This document shows, piece by piece, positions 37,517 to 47,627 of a stretch of 64,000 nt of DNA. This stretch comes from Bdellovibrionales bacterium (lineage in GTDB: Bacteria > Bdellovibrionota > Bdellovibrionia > Bdellovibrionales > Bdellovibrionaceae). The translations under genes were made by a program, and so were the position numbers. Within the stretch, counting starts at the first letter, position 1; the number at the start of each line of letters is the position of its first letter. The notes under the pieces were generated by a model that saw only the letters and a program-made list of their open reading frames with translations, was not told the origin of the DNA and ran no database searches. The DNA is taken from contig JANMPT010000003.1 in assembly GCA_031370005.1 (NCBI GenBank), forward strand, positions 32,987 to 96,986, read 5' to 3'.

Positions 37517-38992
37517 ATGAAAATTTGGGTTCTTGCTCCCCTTCTTGTATTTCTGTTTTCTTTTCAAACATATGCGGCGGCAATAGTGGAAGAAGCGGAG
37601 ACTCCAATTCTGCTAACCTACGAGCAGTTCTCCCATCTAACAAATGCTGAACAAAAAACCTATGTTAAAAAATTGCGCGAAATCATGGAAGAAATGAGTG
37701 CGGCTTTCCCCGAGCTTGCCCGAGAGATTTCAGCCCGCTCTAGCTTCTTTGCGCAGATGTGGAGTCTGAACTTTCAAACTGCTTTGGGCGAAGAGACAGA
37801 TAGCATCCCAATTGAGGCTATTGAAAGCTACGTCAAGTACGCCAACGGGGAGGCTAGAAAATACTCTCAAAATATAACTCAGACAAAAATCTCAAATCTC
37901 TCTGAAAAAGAAAAAGGCCTCTTGGTTGAGCAATATCGTCAATCCCTTTACTGGTCTGCCTCAGCAGCAGCACAGACTTACAATATCACTGATAAGAACA
38001 TACGCGAGCAGTTACTTAAAAACTATGTTAATCCAACTAAGAAAAAAATCGAAGACACCGAAGAACGCGTGAAACAATTTGCAAATGAAGCAGAGTATTC
38101 TGAAGCCCGAGATCAATACTTTAAAAAAGCACACCGAGGCGAACTTCTTCCCGGCCAAGACGGCTTCCCCTCAGGCGCACTTTTGGCCTATGGCGAACGC
38201 TTAAATCCTCATTCTAACTTAGCCAACACTCCCGATAAAATAGAAGTGCCTAAGGCTGCTAAGGCCGATGATGAAAAAAAGATTCCACCAGTAGAAAACA
38301 AAGTAGAAAACAAAAAAACAGAGAATAAAGATGAAAAAAAAATAGAGAAAAAAATATCTGCTAAGAAAAATACTGCTACCGAGATATTGAACACTTCCAA
38401 CAGCTCCTATTATCGCTGTATGTATGCAGGCTTTATCCTTAAAAATGGTCCTGTGTGTATGGCGCCAAGCACTCTTCCATGGGATCTCGATGGTCTTGAT
38501 AAGAAAACATTTATCTGTGAAAATGGAACTATTATGTGCAACCCATTTCTCTTTGGGTTTAAAACAAACTGTGACTGGGGCGATGCCATTGAAAAAAATA
38601 AAACGGATGCTTGTATGAAGTCTGCAACTCCTTACTGCGTAAAAACGGGACTCTATGCAACGAAAAATTGTGGTTCCATCAGCAATAACGAAAGTGCACT
38701 TCAAGCTGCTGTTCAGCTCATTAATAGAAATATCGCGGCATTCAACCAATTCGGTGTCAGCTTTGGAGAACTTTGCAACAAGGGTCTGATCGACTTTAAT
38801 AGCTATAAGGGAAAACGAACCCCGATAAACATCAAAAAAACCAAAAATGATATCAAAAGAACTTGTGACAGCGCCCGCGTCCGCATGGCTGAAATTGAAA
38901 AACGTTTCCTCGTCACTAAGGGCTCAAAAACCAAAAAGAACAGCCCTAGCCCTGCTGCCGAAAAGGCTTCAAAAAATAAAGCCGTTCAATAA
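37517..38992 (+). CDS. Secreted hypothetical protein with a K/E-rich linker and a Cys-rich C-domain
   Basis: Signal peptide; CMYAGF...C...CNPFLFG...C...ATKNC. Confidence 0.8.
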   Translation: MKIWVLAPLLVFLFSFQTYAAAIVEEAETPILLTYEQFSHLTNAEQKTYVKKLREIMEEMSAAFPELAREISARSSFFAQMWSLNFQTALGEETDSIPIEAIESYVKYANGEARKYSQNITQTKISNLSEKEKGLLVEQYRQSLYWSASAAAQTYNITDKNIREQLLKNYVNPTKKKIEDTEERVKQFANEAEYSEARDQYFKKAHRGELLPGQDGFPSGALLAYGERLNPHSNLANTPDKIEVPKAAKADDEKKIPPVENKVENKKTENKDEKKIEKKISAKKNTATEILNTSNSSYYRCMYAGFILKNGPVCMAPSTLPWDLDGLDKKTFICENGTIMCNPFLFGFKTNCDWGDAIEKNKTDACMKSATPYCVKTGLYATKNCGSISNNESALQAAVQLINRNIAAFNQFGVSFGELCNKGLIDFNSYKGKRTPINIKKTKNDIKRTCDSARVRMAEIEKRFLVTKGSKTKKNSPSPAAEKASKNKAVQ

Positions 38993-38993
38993 T

Positions 38994-40361
38994 CTATTGG
39001 CCTTCAATAAATTTCTGATGAAGTTTTTGAACGGCCAACACCCCCTGCTCTTCATTCACAATAAAACAAAAGTTGTGCTTGCTGGCTCCTAGGCAAATCA
39101 TACGAACGTTGATGTCCGAAATGGCTTCAAAAACCAGCTTTCCAAGTCCAGGCGTATGATTAATATTATTGCCAATTAATGATACCAAAGCCAAATTTTC
39201 CTCCACCTGCACGTCCGCAATAACCGAGAGGTCCGAGATTAACCTCTTGTTCAGTAAGGTCGAATCATCCAAGGTAACGCTGATTGAAATCTCAGACGTA
39301 GTAATGGCATCAATACTGATTTTATGATCATTGAAAATTTTAAATATTTGAAACAAGAAGCCGTGAGCATGCAACATCTCCGGAGTTGAAAGCGTTACCA
39401 GGATCTGCTTCTTACGAAGGGCAATAGCACGAATCAAAGGGTGGGTACGGACTTCTTTACGTACCCAGGTCCCACCAGCTTCTGCGTTAAAACTTGAACC
39501 AACGAAAACGGGAATATTCTTGCGAATAGCCGGTAAAAGAGTTGCTGGGTGCAAAACCTTTGCGCCAAAAGTAGCAAGTTCGGAAGCTTCTTTAAATGAA
39601 ATCTCATCAATAGCTTTTGCTTTCGGGCAAAGTCGAGGATCGGTGGTTGCAATACCCGCCACATCCGTCCAAATCTCAAGAATGTCCGCACCAAGAGCCT
39701 CTGCCAAAATGGCTGCAGAATAGTCGCTACCGCCTCTTCCCAAGGTCGTCGTCATACCGTCTTCCGTGCGCCCTATATATCCTTGAGTAACCGTGATTTT
39801 TTTACTGTTACGAATATCGCCGAAATGTCTCTCACAAAGGATTTTAATCTCAGAAATCAAAGGTCTTGCCTTGCCGAAGGCATCATCGGTACGAAGAACC
39901 TCACGAATGTCAAAAAGCTCAGCCTCTAAGTCTAAGCTGTGTTTTTGTAAAATCTGCTTAATAGCTTCAGCAAATAAAACTGAAGACATACGTTCACCAA
40001 GACTCATCAATGCATCCTGAGCCTTCACGGAGCAGTCTTTCAGGAGGTAAATGCCCCGAGACAAAGACTCCATCTCTTCGAACAAATATTTTAGTTGAAT
40101 GTTAAGCTGGGAGGAAAGTTTTAAATCATCGGCAATCTTGACATGTCTTTGATAAATTTTCGATAAAATTATCTCGGCCTCAGGCCAAGACTTCGTTTGA
40201 GAGGTCTTTCCCAGCTCAATCAAATCATTAGTTGTACCTGAGCTTGCAGAAACCAACACAACTTTCGCTTTTTGTTTAAGGGATAACTCTGCACTGCGAA
40301 GCATGCAAGAGGCATCTCCCATAGAGGTTCCACCAAATTTAGAAACGATGATTTTATTCAA
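38994..40361 (-). CDS. lysC: Aspartate kinase (AK-III-like)
   Basis: KFGGTS, TLGRGGSDYSA, TDVAGI, two ACT domains. Confidence 0.96.
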   Translation of the reverse strand: MNKIIVSKFGGTSMGDASCMLRSAELSLKQKAKVVLVSASSGTTNDLIELGKTSQTKSWPEAEIILSKIYQRHVKIADDLKLSSQLNIQLKYLFEEMESLSRGIYLLKDCSVKAQDALMSLGERMSSVLFAEAIKQILQKHSLDLEAELFDIREVLRTDDAFGKARPLISEIKILCERHFGDIRNSKKITVTQGYIGRTEDGMTTTLGRGGSDYSAAILAEALGADILEIWTDVAGIATTDPRLCPKAKAIDEISFKEASELATFGAKVLHPATLLPAIRKNIPVFVGSSFNAEAGGTWVRKEVRTHPLIRAIALRKKQILVTLSTPEMLHAHGFLFQIFKIFNDHKISIDAITTSEISISVTLDDSTLLNKRLISDLSVIADVQVEENLALVSLIGNNINHTPGLGKLVFEAISDINVRMICLGASKHNFCFIVNEEQGVLAVQKLHQKFIEGQ

Positions 40362-40418
40362 TTTTGCTCACCGCCCTTCCTGAAAGGCCGCCATGATTGT
40401 CGAAAGTAAAAAAGACGA

Positions 40419-41150
40419 CTAAACGCTGCAGATCTTTTGAAATGAAGCGACCTCAAGTGAGGCGCCTCCGACGAGAAAGCCATCCACATGGGGGATACGA
40501 ATCAAAGCCGCAGCGTTGTCAGGTTTCACACTCCCGCCATACAAAATCGGTGCAGTGAAGCCTAGACTCTGCAAAATTTCAAAAACATCTTTATGGGTTT
40601 CTTGAACTTGCTCTGACGTCGCCACCTTGCCTGTGCCAATCGCCCAAACAGGTTCATAAGCCACCACCAAGGGTTTTAGTTTATCCGCTTTTAAAAGGCC
40701 TTCCGTCAGTTGCACTCTCAAAATATCTTTAGTCTTTCCACTTTCGCGCTCTTCCAGGGTCTCGCCCACACATAGCATTGGCACAAGCCCAAGACTGTGC
40801 GTGTAGTTGACTTTATTTGCCAGCAATTCATTTTTTTCAGCAAACAACTGACGACGTTCACTGTGGCCAATTAGAACGTACTTCCCCCCAAGTTGCTGCA
40901 ACATAGCGGCCGAGTTTTCACCCGTAAACGCCCCTTGAGCTTGGAAGTAAGAATTTTGCATACCAAAGTGAAGTGCATATTTTACTTTTAGATTTTGAAT
41001 TGCAAGACTGGCAGCTTCCAAAGAAATTGCTGATGGAAAAAAAATCACTTCATTTTCACTTGCTTGAAAGACCTCTCCCCAATGAACAAGGAACTCACGA
41101 GTTTCTTTTGGAGATTTAAAAAGCTTCCAGTTGGCAGCAAAAATTTTCAC
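40419..41150 (-). CDS. tpiA: Triosephosphate isomerase
   Basis: ANWK, GHSERR, AYEPVWAIGTG, YGGSV. Confidence 0.98.
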   Translation of the reverse strand: MKIFAANWKLFKSPKETREFLVHWGEVFQASENEVIFFPSAISLEAASLAIQNLKVKYALHFGMQNSYFQAQGAFTGENSAAMLQQLGGKYVLIGHSERRQLFAEKNELLANKVNYTHSLGLVPMLCVGETLEERESGKTKDILRVQLTEGLLKADKLKPLVVAYEPVWAIGTGKVATSEQVQETHKDVFEILQSLGFTAPILYGGSVKPDNAAALIRIPHVDGFLVGGASLEVASFQKICSV

Positions 41151-41151
41151 G

Positions 41152-42363
41152 TTAGCTCCTGATTTTAGTTCGGAGGATTTCTAGACCTGGCAATTTTTCG
41201 CCTTGAAGATACTCAAGGCTAGCCCCGCCTCCAGTAGAAATATGAGTCATTTTATCAGCGTAACCTGAAGCTTCAGCCGCCGCAGCAGAATCACCACCAC
41301 CAACAATTTTCTCACCCTTGCTTTCTGCCAGAGCCTTTGCAATAGCAAAAGTACCTTTAGAAAACTCTGGAGTTTCAAAAATTCCCATAGGGCCATTCCA
41401 AAAGACCATTGCAGCTTGGCTTAAAGCCGCCGTGTATGCTCTTATCGTTTTAGGGCCAATATCTACGCCTAGCTCACTATCACCGATATTCACATCCGAC
41501 GTAATACGGGCAGAAGCTATGTCGCTGATTGAGGTCGTTACAATGTGATCCACCGGCAATAATAGACTCTTGTTCCGCGCCTCAATACGCTCGATCATTT
41601 GGCGTGCATAGTTTAGCTTATCTGCTTCTACCAAGGACTTACCAACACTATGACCTCTCGCCTTCAAGAAGGTATAAGCCATTGCTCCGCCGATAACGAA
41701 GCCATCCACAATATCAAGAAATTTTTCAATTACGGCAATCTTATCTGAAACTTTTGCTCCACCAAGAACCGCCAAATAAGGGCGTTTTGGATTTTCCAAA
41801 AGACCATCAAGCACGGTGACCTCTTTTTCAATCAAAAGCCCAATGGCCTTTTCCTTCATCAGGTTCGGAAGGGCGTGTATGCTTGCATGAGCACGATGGG
41901 AAGCGCCAAAGGCGTCATTTACATAGACATCTGAATAGTTCGCCCATACCTGTGCAAGCTCTTCACTGTCCTTCGTTTCACCAGAAGCAAAACGTACATT
42001 TTCTAGCAACAACAACTGCGTCTTTTTCATATTCAACAAAAGCGCCTTGATGCCATCGCTCGTGATGTCTTCCCACAGAATCACCTCTGCACTGAGAAGC
42101 TCACTTAAGCGTTTTGCCACAGGCTCGAGTGAGAATTGTCTATCATCTTCGTGCTTGGGCCGGCCCAAGTGCGAGCACATCACAATCTTTGCGCCTTTTT
42201 CCATCAAATACTGAATTGTCGGAAGGCTGGCCTTGATACGTGTCTCGTCAGTGATTTTCCCATCTTGTAATGGCACATTGAGATCAAGTCTTAAAAAAAC
42301 AACTTTCCCCGCCACTTCAAGATCGCGAACTGTCTTAATGCCTTTAAGTCCCTTGGTAGCCAT
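41152..42363 (-). CDS. pgk: Phosphoglycerate kinase
   Basis: RLDLNVP, SHLGRP, WNGPMG, STGGGASLE. Confidence 0.98.
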   Translation of the reverse strand: MATKGLKGIKTVRDLEVAGKVVFLRLDLNVPLQDGKITDETRIKASLPTIQYLMEKGAKIVMCSHLGRPKHEDDRQFSLEPVAKRLSELLSAEVILWEDITSDGIKALLLNMKKTQLLLLENVRFASGETKDSEELAQVWANYSDVYVNDAFGASHRAHASIHALPNLMKEKAIGLLIEKEVTVLDGLLENPKRPYLAVLGGAKVSDKIAVIEKFLDIVDGFVIGGAMAYTFLKARGHSVGKSLVEADKLNYARQMIERIEARNKSLLLPVDHIVTTSISDIASARITSDVNIGDSELGVDIGPKTIRAYTAALSQAAMVFWNGPMGIFETPEFSKGTFAIAKALAESKGEKIVGGGDSAAAAEASGYADKMTHISTGGGASLEYLQGEKLPGLEILRTKIRS

Positions 42364-42430
42364 GATTAAAGTCCTAGATTATATAGGTTTAGATGCCCCC
42401 AATTTGAAGCACAGCCCCCCGGAAATCAAG

Positions 42431-42456
42431 AGGTACGGCCTTCTTTTTAGTATTGC
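42431..42456 (+). repeat. Single-arm copy of the 48429-48485 palindromic repeat
   Basis: AGGTACGGCCTTCTTTTTAGTATTGC is identical to 48430-48455. Confidence 0.88.
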
Positions 42457-42511
42457 AGCGCAGTGTTGAGTGTATTATAACGCATAATTTTAAATCAGGA
42501 GTTACTCATCC

Positions 42512-43168
42512 GTGAACTGCCTACTCTGTGAGTCCCCAAAAACTAGTGCATTTGCAGTTAAAATGAACCCCGCCTGCGATTATTTCCATTGTGTGCAGTG
42601 TGATCTTATTTTTATGGATACCAACATGAGAATGTTACCGGAAGAAGAAAAGATCCGTTATGACCTACACCAAAATCAAGATAGTTCGGGCTATCGCCAA
42701 TTCCTACAGCCCCTCATTCATGATATCCAAAACTACAGCTCAAAGGTTTCCAAACCCTTGTCAAAGCTCAAAATTTTAGACTATGGATGCGGACCCACTG
42801 CTTTTTTAAGTAAGCTCCTCCTGGAGTACTCCAACGATACTATTAATTATGATCCCTTCTATTTCCCTGATAAACACACGCTACAGGCCACTTATGACGT
42901 GATCACTAGCACTGAGGTTTGGGAGCACTTCTGCAATCCACGCAAGGAGATCGCAAGAATGGCAAAACTTTTAAAGAATTTTGGGCTTCTCGCTATCATG
43001 ACAGCAAGTCACCCAGGCGTGGGCCCCTTTCATAATTGGCAATATCGTCGTGACATGACCCATGTAGTTTTTTTTTCCGAAATAACAATGAAATGGATAA
43101 GTGATCATTTTAATTTCGATCTTGTAAAAGCACAAACTCCTTACTGGATCTTCCAAAAAAGGGCGTAA
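42512..43168 (+). CDS. Class I SAM-dependent methyltransferase with an N-terminal zinc ribbon
   Basis: CLLC...CVQC, LDYGCGP, EVWEHF, YRRDMTHV. Confidence 0.9.
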   Translation: MNCLLCESPKTSAFAVKMNPACDYFHCVQCDLIFMDTNMRMLPEEEKIRYDLHQNQDSSGYRQFLQPLIHDIQNYSSKVSKPLSKLKILDYGCGPTAFLSKLLLEYSNDTINYDPFYFPDKHTLQATYDVITSTEVWEHFCNPRKEIARMAKLLKNFGLLAIMTASHPGVGPFHNWQYRRDMTHVVFFSEITMKWISDHFNFDLVKAQTPYWIFQKRA

Positions 43169-43171
43169 CCA

Positions 43172-43573
43172 ATGTCTCTACGAACCCATGCTTTTCGTTT
43201 AATCCCCAACCAAGATTTAAAAATAGAGCTGACAAAGTACTGCGTAGATCACAGACTTGAAGCCGCCACAATAATTTCCGGAGTGGGCAGTCTAAAGGTA
43301 GCAGCACTTCGCCTTGCTGATGAAAAAGTAAAAAGCGAGTTACATGGACCTTTAGAAATCGTTTCCCTTATTGGAACCTTGGGGTTGCAAGGCCTTCATC
43401 TTCATATATCGATTGCCGATCGTGACGGCAAAGTCCTAGGTGGGCATTTGCTTGATGGCTGCATTATTCACACTACGGCCGAGATTGTACTTTTAGAAAT
43501 TACAAATTTAGAATTTGCACGAGAGCTTGACCAACAGACAGGATTTAAAGAGTTGGTCATTAGCCGCCGTTAA
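43172..43573 (+). CDS. PPC/DUF296 domain protein
   Basis: GVGSL, EIVSLIGT, HLHISI, GGHL. Confidence 0.92.
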   Translation: MSLRTHAFRLIPNQDLKIELTKYCVDHRLEAATIISGVGSLKVAALRLADEKVKSELHGPLEIVSLIGTLGLQGLHLHISIADRDGKVLGGHLLDGCIIHTTAEIVLLEITNLEFARELDQQTGFKELVISRR

Positions 43574-44267
43574 CATAACCAAAAAGATTATAGATCCTCT
43601 TCCACTTTTCGCAGTGAGATGCTTCTATCTTTAACGTCTTATCTAACCAAGGGTGAGTAAATTCTAAGCTCTGGGCTTTCAAACAAAGCCCTAAGACTCC
43701 TAAGTCGTTTTTGAAAAAACGATTTTGCCGGCAATCACCATGATCCGCATCGCCGATCAAAGGGTGTGATATTCTGTTGAAATGCCGACGCAATTGGTGC
43801 CAACGTCCTGTTAAAGGCTTGGCCTCTACTAAAGAATATCTTGCCGTCGAAAATCTTTTAATCACTGCTACTGGAAACTCCACCGTAGCCATTCTAGAAT
43901 AAGTTGTCTTTGCTTCAACTAAGTCTCCGGTTGAATCCAGCTCCAAAGGCAATTCAATGTCGCCATTTTCAGGAGTATAACCACGAGCCACTGCATGATA
44001 GGTTTTCAGCATGGATTTCTCAGCAAAAAGTTTACACAAAATGCTCGCCGATGCTGACGAAAGAGCGAAAAGCAAAACTCCGCTTGTTCCCGCATCCAAA
44101 CGATGTACTGGATAAACATATTTACCCATCATATTTCGAGCTAAGTAAAGACAAGTTTTATCTCTTGAAATGCGGTTTCTTTTGTCTTCATGGGGGTGAA
44201 CATGAAAGCCCGAGGGCTTATCGACCGCAATAAAATGCTCATCTTGATAAAGAAGTTTCAGGCTCAT
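43560..44267 (-). CDS. RluA-family pseudouridine synthase (TruC-like)
   Basis: VDKPSG, VHRLDAGTSG, TGRWHQLRRH. Confidence 0.92.
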   Translation of the reverse strand: MSLKLLYQDEHFIAVDKPSGFHVHPHEDKRNRISRDKTCLYLARNMMGKYVYPVHRLDAGTSGVLLFALSSASASILCKLFAEKSMLKTYHAVARGYTPENGDIELPLELDSTGDLVEAKTTYSRMATVEFPVAVIKRFSTARYSLVEAKPLTGRWHQLRRHFNRISHPLIGDADHGDCRQNRFFKNDLGVLGLCLKAQSLEFTHPWLDKTLKIEASHCEKWKRIYNLFGYVNGG

Positions 44268-44719
44268 TAAATCTCTAAGCGACAGATAAGATCCATGACA
44301 AAAGAATCTTTGTCGTCTTTGATCTCAACGTGATTCTGAGCCTCTGGAAATCTTTGCGAACAGCTTGCCGACGATATTGATTGAATACCATGGTTTTTGC
44401 ACTCAAGACTTAAAACTCCTAAGGTCTCTCCCTGATAAACTGAGTCCTTTTTAGATTGAATTTTCATATGGCAAACAGAATCAGCTAATGTGAATTCAAA
44501 ATCAGCGGCCTTCTGGTTGACAAGTACTGTGTCCTCTCCATTTTTTGTCACTACAAGAATAAACTTAAAGCCGCGAGATATTAAGACATCAGCATCTGCG
44601 GCTGGTGTTAACAAAGCATTAACGATTGATGCAAGTGAACTATCCTTGCCTGCACCACGCTCAACACTACAGCCAATAAAAAATAAAATCGCTGAAAAAA
44701 CTATGATGATTTGTTTCAA
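44267..44719 (-). CDS. Hypothetical lipoprotein
   Basis: FIGC lipobox; operonic. Confidence 0.7.
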   Translation of the reverse strand: MKQIIIVFSAILFFIGCSVERGAGKDSSLASIVNALLTPAADADVLISRGFKFILVVTKNGEDTVLVNQKAADFEFTLADSVCHMKIQSKKDSVYQGETLGVLSLECKNHGIQSISSASCSQRFPEAQNHVEIKDDKDSFVMDLICRLEI

Positions 44720-44728
44720 TTTATTCCT

Positions 44729-45502
44729 CTACCATTTAATTTTAGGAAACATCTTCATTGCATTTTCCCGAGTTACTTTTGAAAGTTCCTGAAGAGTAAC
44801 ACCCTTCAGCTCCGCAACGACTTTTGCCGTGTGAACAACGAAGGCCGGTGTGTTTTTCCGACCACGCATTGGAATCGGCGCCAAAAAAGGCGAATCTGTT
44901 TCAACATGAATACGATCTATTGGCAAAGTGCGAACCACATCACGCAAAGACTCTGCGCTTTTAAAAGTCACAACTCCACTAATGGAGATATTATAACCAA
45001 GTTTCAAAGCTTGTTCAGCCAACCAAGGGGTGCCGGTAAAACAATGAATAATGCCTTTAACTTGGTCATTGAACTCTTTCATGATTTCAATGGTATCCAC
45101 ATCTGCATCACGGGTATGAATTTGCACCGGCATGCTGGTGCGAGCAGCAATCTCCATCTGAGCACGGAATGCACGCTTCTGCTCTTCGCTTGATGAGTGT
45201 TCGTAGTAATAATCGAGACCGATTTCACCGACAGCAATTACCCACGGCTTAGAGACATTGGTTGCAATAAATCGACCGATTTCATCAGTGTAAATCTGAC
45301 CTTCGTGGGGATGGATACCCAAAGTACAAAAAACGTCTGGATAGTTTTTTTCAGCAAGCTCTAGGACTAAAGGCAAATCCTTGGGCTCTGTCCCGATCGT
45401 AGCAACCTTTACGACTCCAACTTCACGCGCACGTCGCAAAGCCTCTTCTGGTCCTTCTTCCAAGATATTAAGATGAGCATGTAAATCCATCCATTCCAAC
45501 AT
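44729..45502 (-). CDS. tatD: TatD-family deoxyribonuclease
   Basis: DLHAHL, GIHPH, GEIGLDY, HCF, ETDSP. Confidence 0.95.
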   Translation of the reverse strand: MLEWMDLHAHLNILEEGPEEALRRAREVGVVKVATIGTEPKDLPLVLELAEKNYPDVFCTLGIHPHEGQIYTDEIGRFIATNVSKPWVIAVGEIGLDYYYEHSSSEEQKRAFRAQMEIAARTSMPVQIHTRDADVDTIEIMKEFNDQVKGIIHCFTGTPWLAEQALKLGYNISISGVVTFKSAESLRDVVRTLPIDRIHVETDSPFLAPIPMRGRKNTPAFVVHTAKVVAELKGVTLQELSKVTRENAMKMFPKIKW

Positions 45503-45503
45503 T

Positions 45504-46475
45504 TTAAGCTCCGCTTTCGGAATTTTTTTCGTGATTTTGGCGAATCCAGAGCTCCTCCATCAAAAGCTGAACATCACGATTCTGATTAATTTCTTTTTCA
45601 ACTGCCAATAATTTATCAAGAAGCTCCAAAATCAAATATCGACTATAGCAGGATAATGTATTTAGAAGCCCCAGCTGATCCACGCACATAATCAAGTTCT
45701 TCTGATCTTCTTGATAATATAAAACGTCACGTAAGACTGAAATCCAGTAGAAAAGAACTCTTTGAGACTTCCCTCTTTCTTTAAAGCTGTCTCGCCAAGA
45801 ATTATCAGTCAGGAACTCCTTGTCCTCGAAAAATTGCTGCAACAGGGACAAAGCCACCTTGCGAATTTCTTGCTCTGGCCCCTCTTGTAACTGTGCTAAC
45901 TTTTCAAAACTTCCTTGGCTTGCTCGAATTGCCCACTCCGGAGCTGAGCCTGCACCACGAGCAATGTCCTCAACAGCAAGAGGTTTAAAACTTACTATCC
46001 GCGAACGCGAACGAATTGTCGCTAAAACCCCCGCAACACTTGGAGCGATCAAGAAGAAATACGTTTCCGCTGGCGGCTCCTCAAGTGTTTTTAGCAGAGA
46101 GTTCGCCGCCTGCAAATTCAAGAACTGGACCTGATCAATGATAACTGCGCGACGTGTAGTGAGCCCTCTCAAGCTCAAAAACTGAATTAGCTCACGACTT
46201 TCCTCAATTTTAATTTGCGATCCTTCAGCAGCAATAAGCTTAAGCGACTCGTGAGCGCCAGCTGCGACTCTGCGACAAGAACTGCAAAGTCCGCAACCCA
46301 TACGTGTAGTTTCACAAAGCAAAGCTTGAGCAAGACCAAGAGTGACTTTTTTTTTGCCAATCCCACTGGGGCCCACTAACAAAAAAGTCTGCCCAGGCCT
46401 CTGACTGGCGAAAACCCCAAGAAGTTTTGTAATCACATCCTGGTGGCCGAAAACTTGATCTAAAAGTCGAGCCAC
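45504..46475 (-). CDS. holB: DNA polymerase III delta' subunit
   Basis: GPSGIGK, C..C..C, AANSLLKTLEEP, TIRSR; follows tmk. Confidence 0.93.
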   Translation of the reverse strand: MARLLDQVFGHQDVITKLLGVFASQRPGQTFLLVGPSGIGKKKVTLGLAQALLCETTRMGCGLCSSCRRVAAGAHESLKLIAAEGSQIKIEESRELIQFLSLRGLTTRRAVIIDQVQFLNLQAANSLLKTLEEPPAETYFFLIAPSVAGVLATIRSRSRIVSFKPLAVEDIARGAGSAPEWAIRASQGSFEKLAQLQEGPEQEIRKVALSLLQQFFEDKEFLTDNSWRDSFKERGKSQRVLFYWISVLRDVLYYQEDQKNLIMCVDQLGLLNTLSCYSRYLILELLDKLLAVEKEINQNRDVQLLMEELWIRQNHEKNSESGA

Positions 46476-47101
46476 TTTCGCTCCTTCAGAGTTTTTAAAA
46501 GAATTTTTAACATCTCTTCAGTTGCAAAGCGCGCATCCAAAACCAACCAGCTTTGCGCATTTTCCCGAGCTTGTTTTAAAAAACTAGCCCGCACCTGCTC
46601 ATGAAAAAAATCATTCTCTGACTCAATACGGTCTGCGGCCTCCCCGGTTTGAGATGTTCGAAGCGCTTGACGCTTCCGTGATTCCTCAACGCTGAGATCT
46701 AATAAAATCGTAAGATCTGCCTTGAGTCCATCCGTGGCAAAGTGATTCAGCATCTCCACATCTTTCTCATTGATCTTGCGGCCCCCTGCTTGAAAAGCTA
46801 TTGAACTTGCCGAAAAGCGATCGCTTAGTACCCACTCACCTTTAGCGAGCTTCGGTTTAATAGTCTCATGTACATGTTGAGCGCGCCCGGCCTCGTACAG
46901 TAAGAGCTCAGCACTGGGAACAGGGGCCATGCCCTCTTGTTTTCGTAAAATAATATTGCGAATTTCATCGCCTAAAAGAGTCCCACCCGGCTCGCGAGTG
47001 CGGTGAAATAAAATGCCCTGTTTTGAAAGCTCTACTTCCAATGCTCGCATCAATGAACTTTTTCCAGAGCCATCAAGACCCTCAAATACAAGAAATGCCA
47101 T
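46460..47101 (-). CDS. tmk: Thymidylate kinase
   Basis: FEGLDGSGKS, REPGG, DRF. Confidence 0.96.
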   Translation of the reverse strand: MAFLVFEGLDGSGKSSLMRALEVELSKQGILFHRTREPGGTLLGDEIRNIILRKQEGMAPVPSAELLLYEAGRAQHVHETIKPKLAKGEWVLSDRFSASSIAFQAGGRKINEKDVEMLNHFATDGLKADLTILLDLSVEESRKRQALRTSQTGEAADRIESENDFFHEQVRASFLKQARENAQSWLVLDARFATEEMLKILLKTLKERKWLDF

Positions 47102-47240
47102 GAGAGTCTTATGGCAGGCACCCTATCTGAGTGTCAAAACTAATAATATTGCTCTGCATTATATTAAGCGCGACCCATTTTCAGTGGACTTCCCCCGGGG
47201 GTTTTCTGTAGAGTGGCCACCTTTAGGAGATCAGTAAACT

Positions 47241-47585
47241 ATGGGTACATTCATCGCTATTTTGCACGTCGTTGTAGCTCTTGTTCTTATCGGCTTAGTT
47301 TTAGTCCAAGACTCAAAAGGCGGTGGAGCACTTGGCATGGGCGGTGGCGGCGGCGGTTCTAACTCCGTTCTAGGCGCGACGGGCGCTAGTACTTTAGCTG
47401 CTAAAATGACACGTATTGCAGCAGTTGTCTTCGCTTTGACCTCTATCGGCTTAACCATTCTTTCTTCTCGTGAATCAAAAAGTGTTTTAGACAAGCTTCC
47501 GGCTGCTTCAGCGCTTCCTGCAACGCCGACAACTCCTGTGACTCCTGCAGCTCCCGTAGAACCTGCAACAAATCCCACAAAATAA
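47241..47585 (+). CDS. secG: Preprotein translocase subunit SecG
   Basis: Two TMs around VLVQDSKGGG...G. Confidence 0.92.
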   Translation: MGTFIAILHVVVALVLIGLVLVQDSKGGGALGMGGGGGGSNSVLGATGASTLAAKMTRIAAVVFALTSIGLTILSSRESKSVLDKLPAASALPATPTTPVTPAAPVEPATNPTK

Positions 47586-47627
47586 TCCTGTGTGTTCATC
47601 CAAGTTCTTCGCTATACTCTCTACCGT

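Noticed and set aside
38260..38375. A-rich GAAAACAAA-like repeats
   Set aside because: They encode the K/E-rich linker of the 491-aa protein and are not an independent element.
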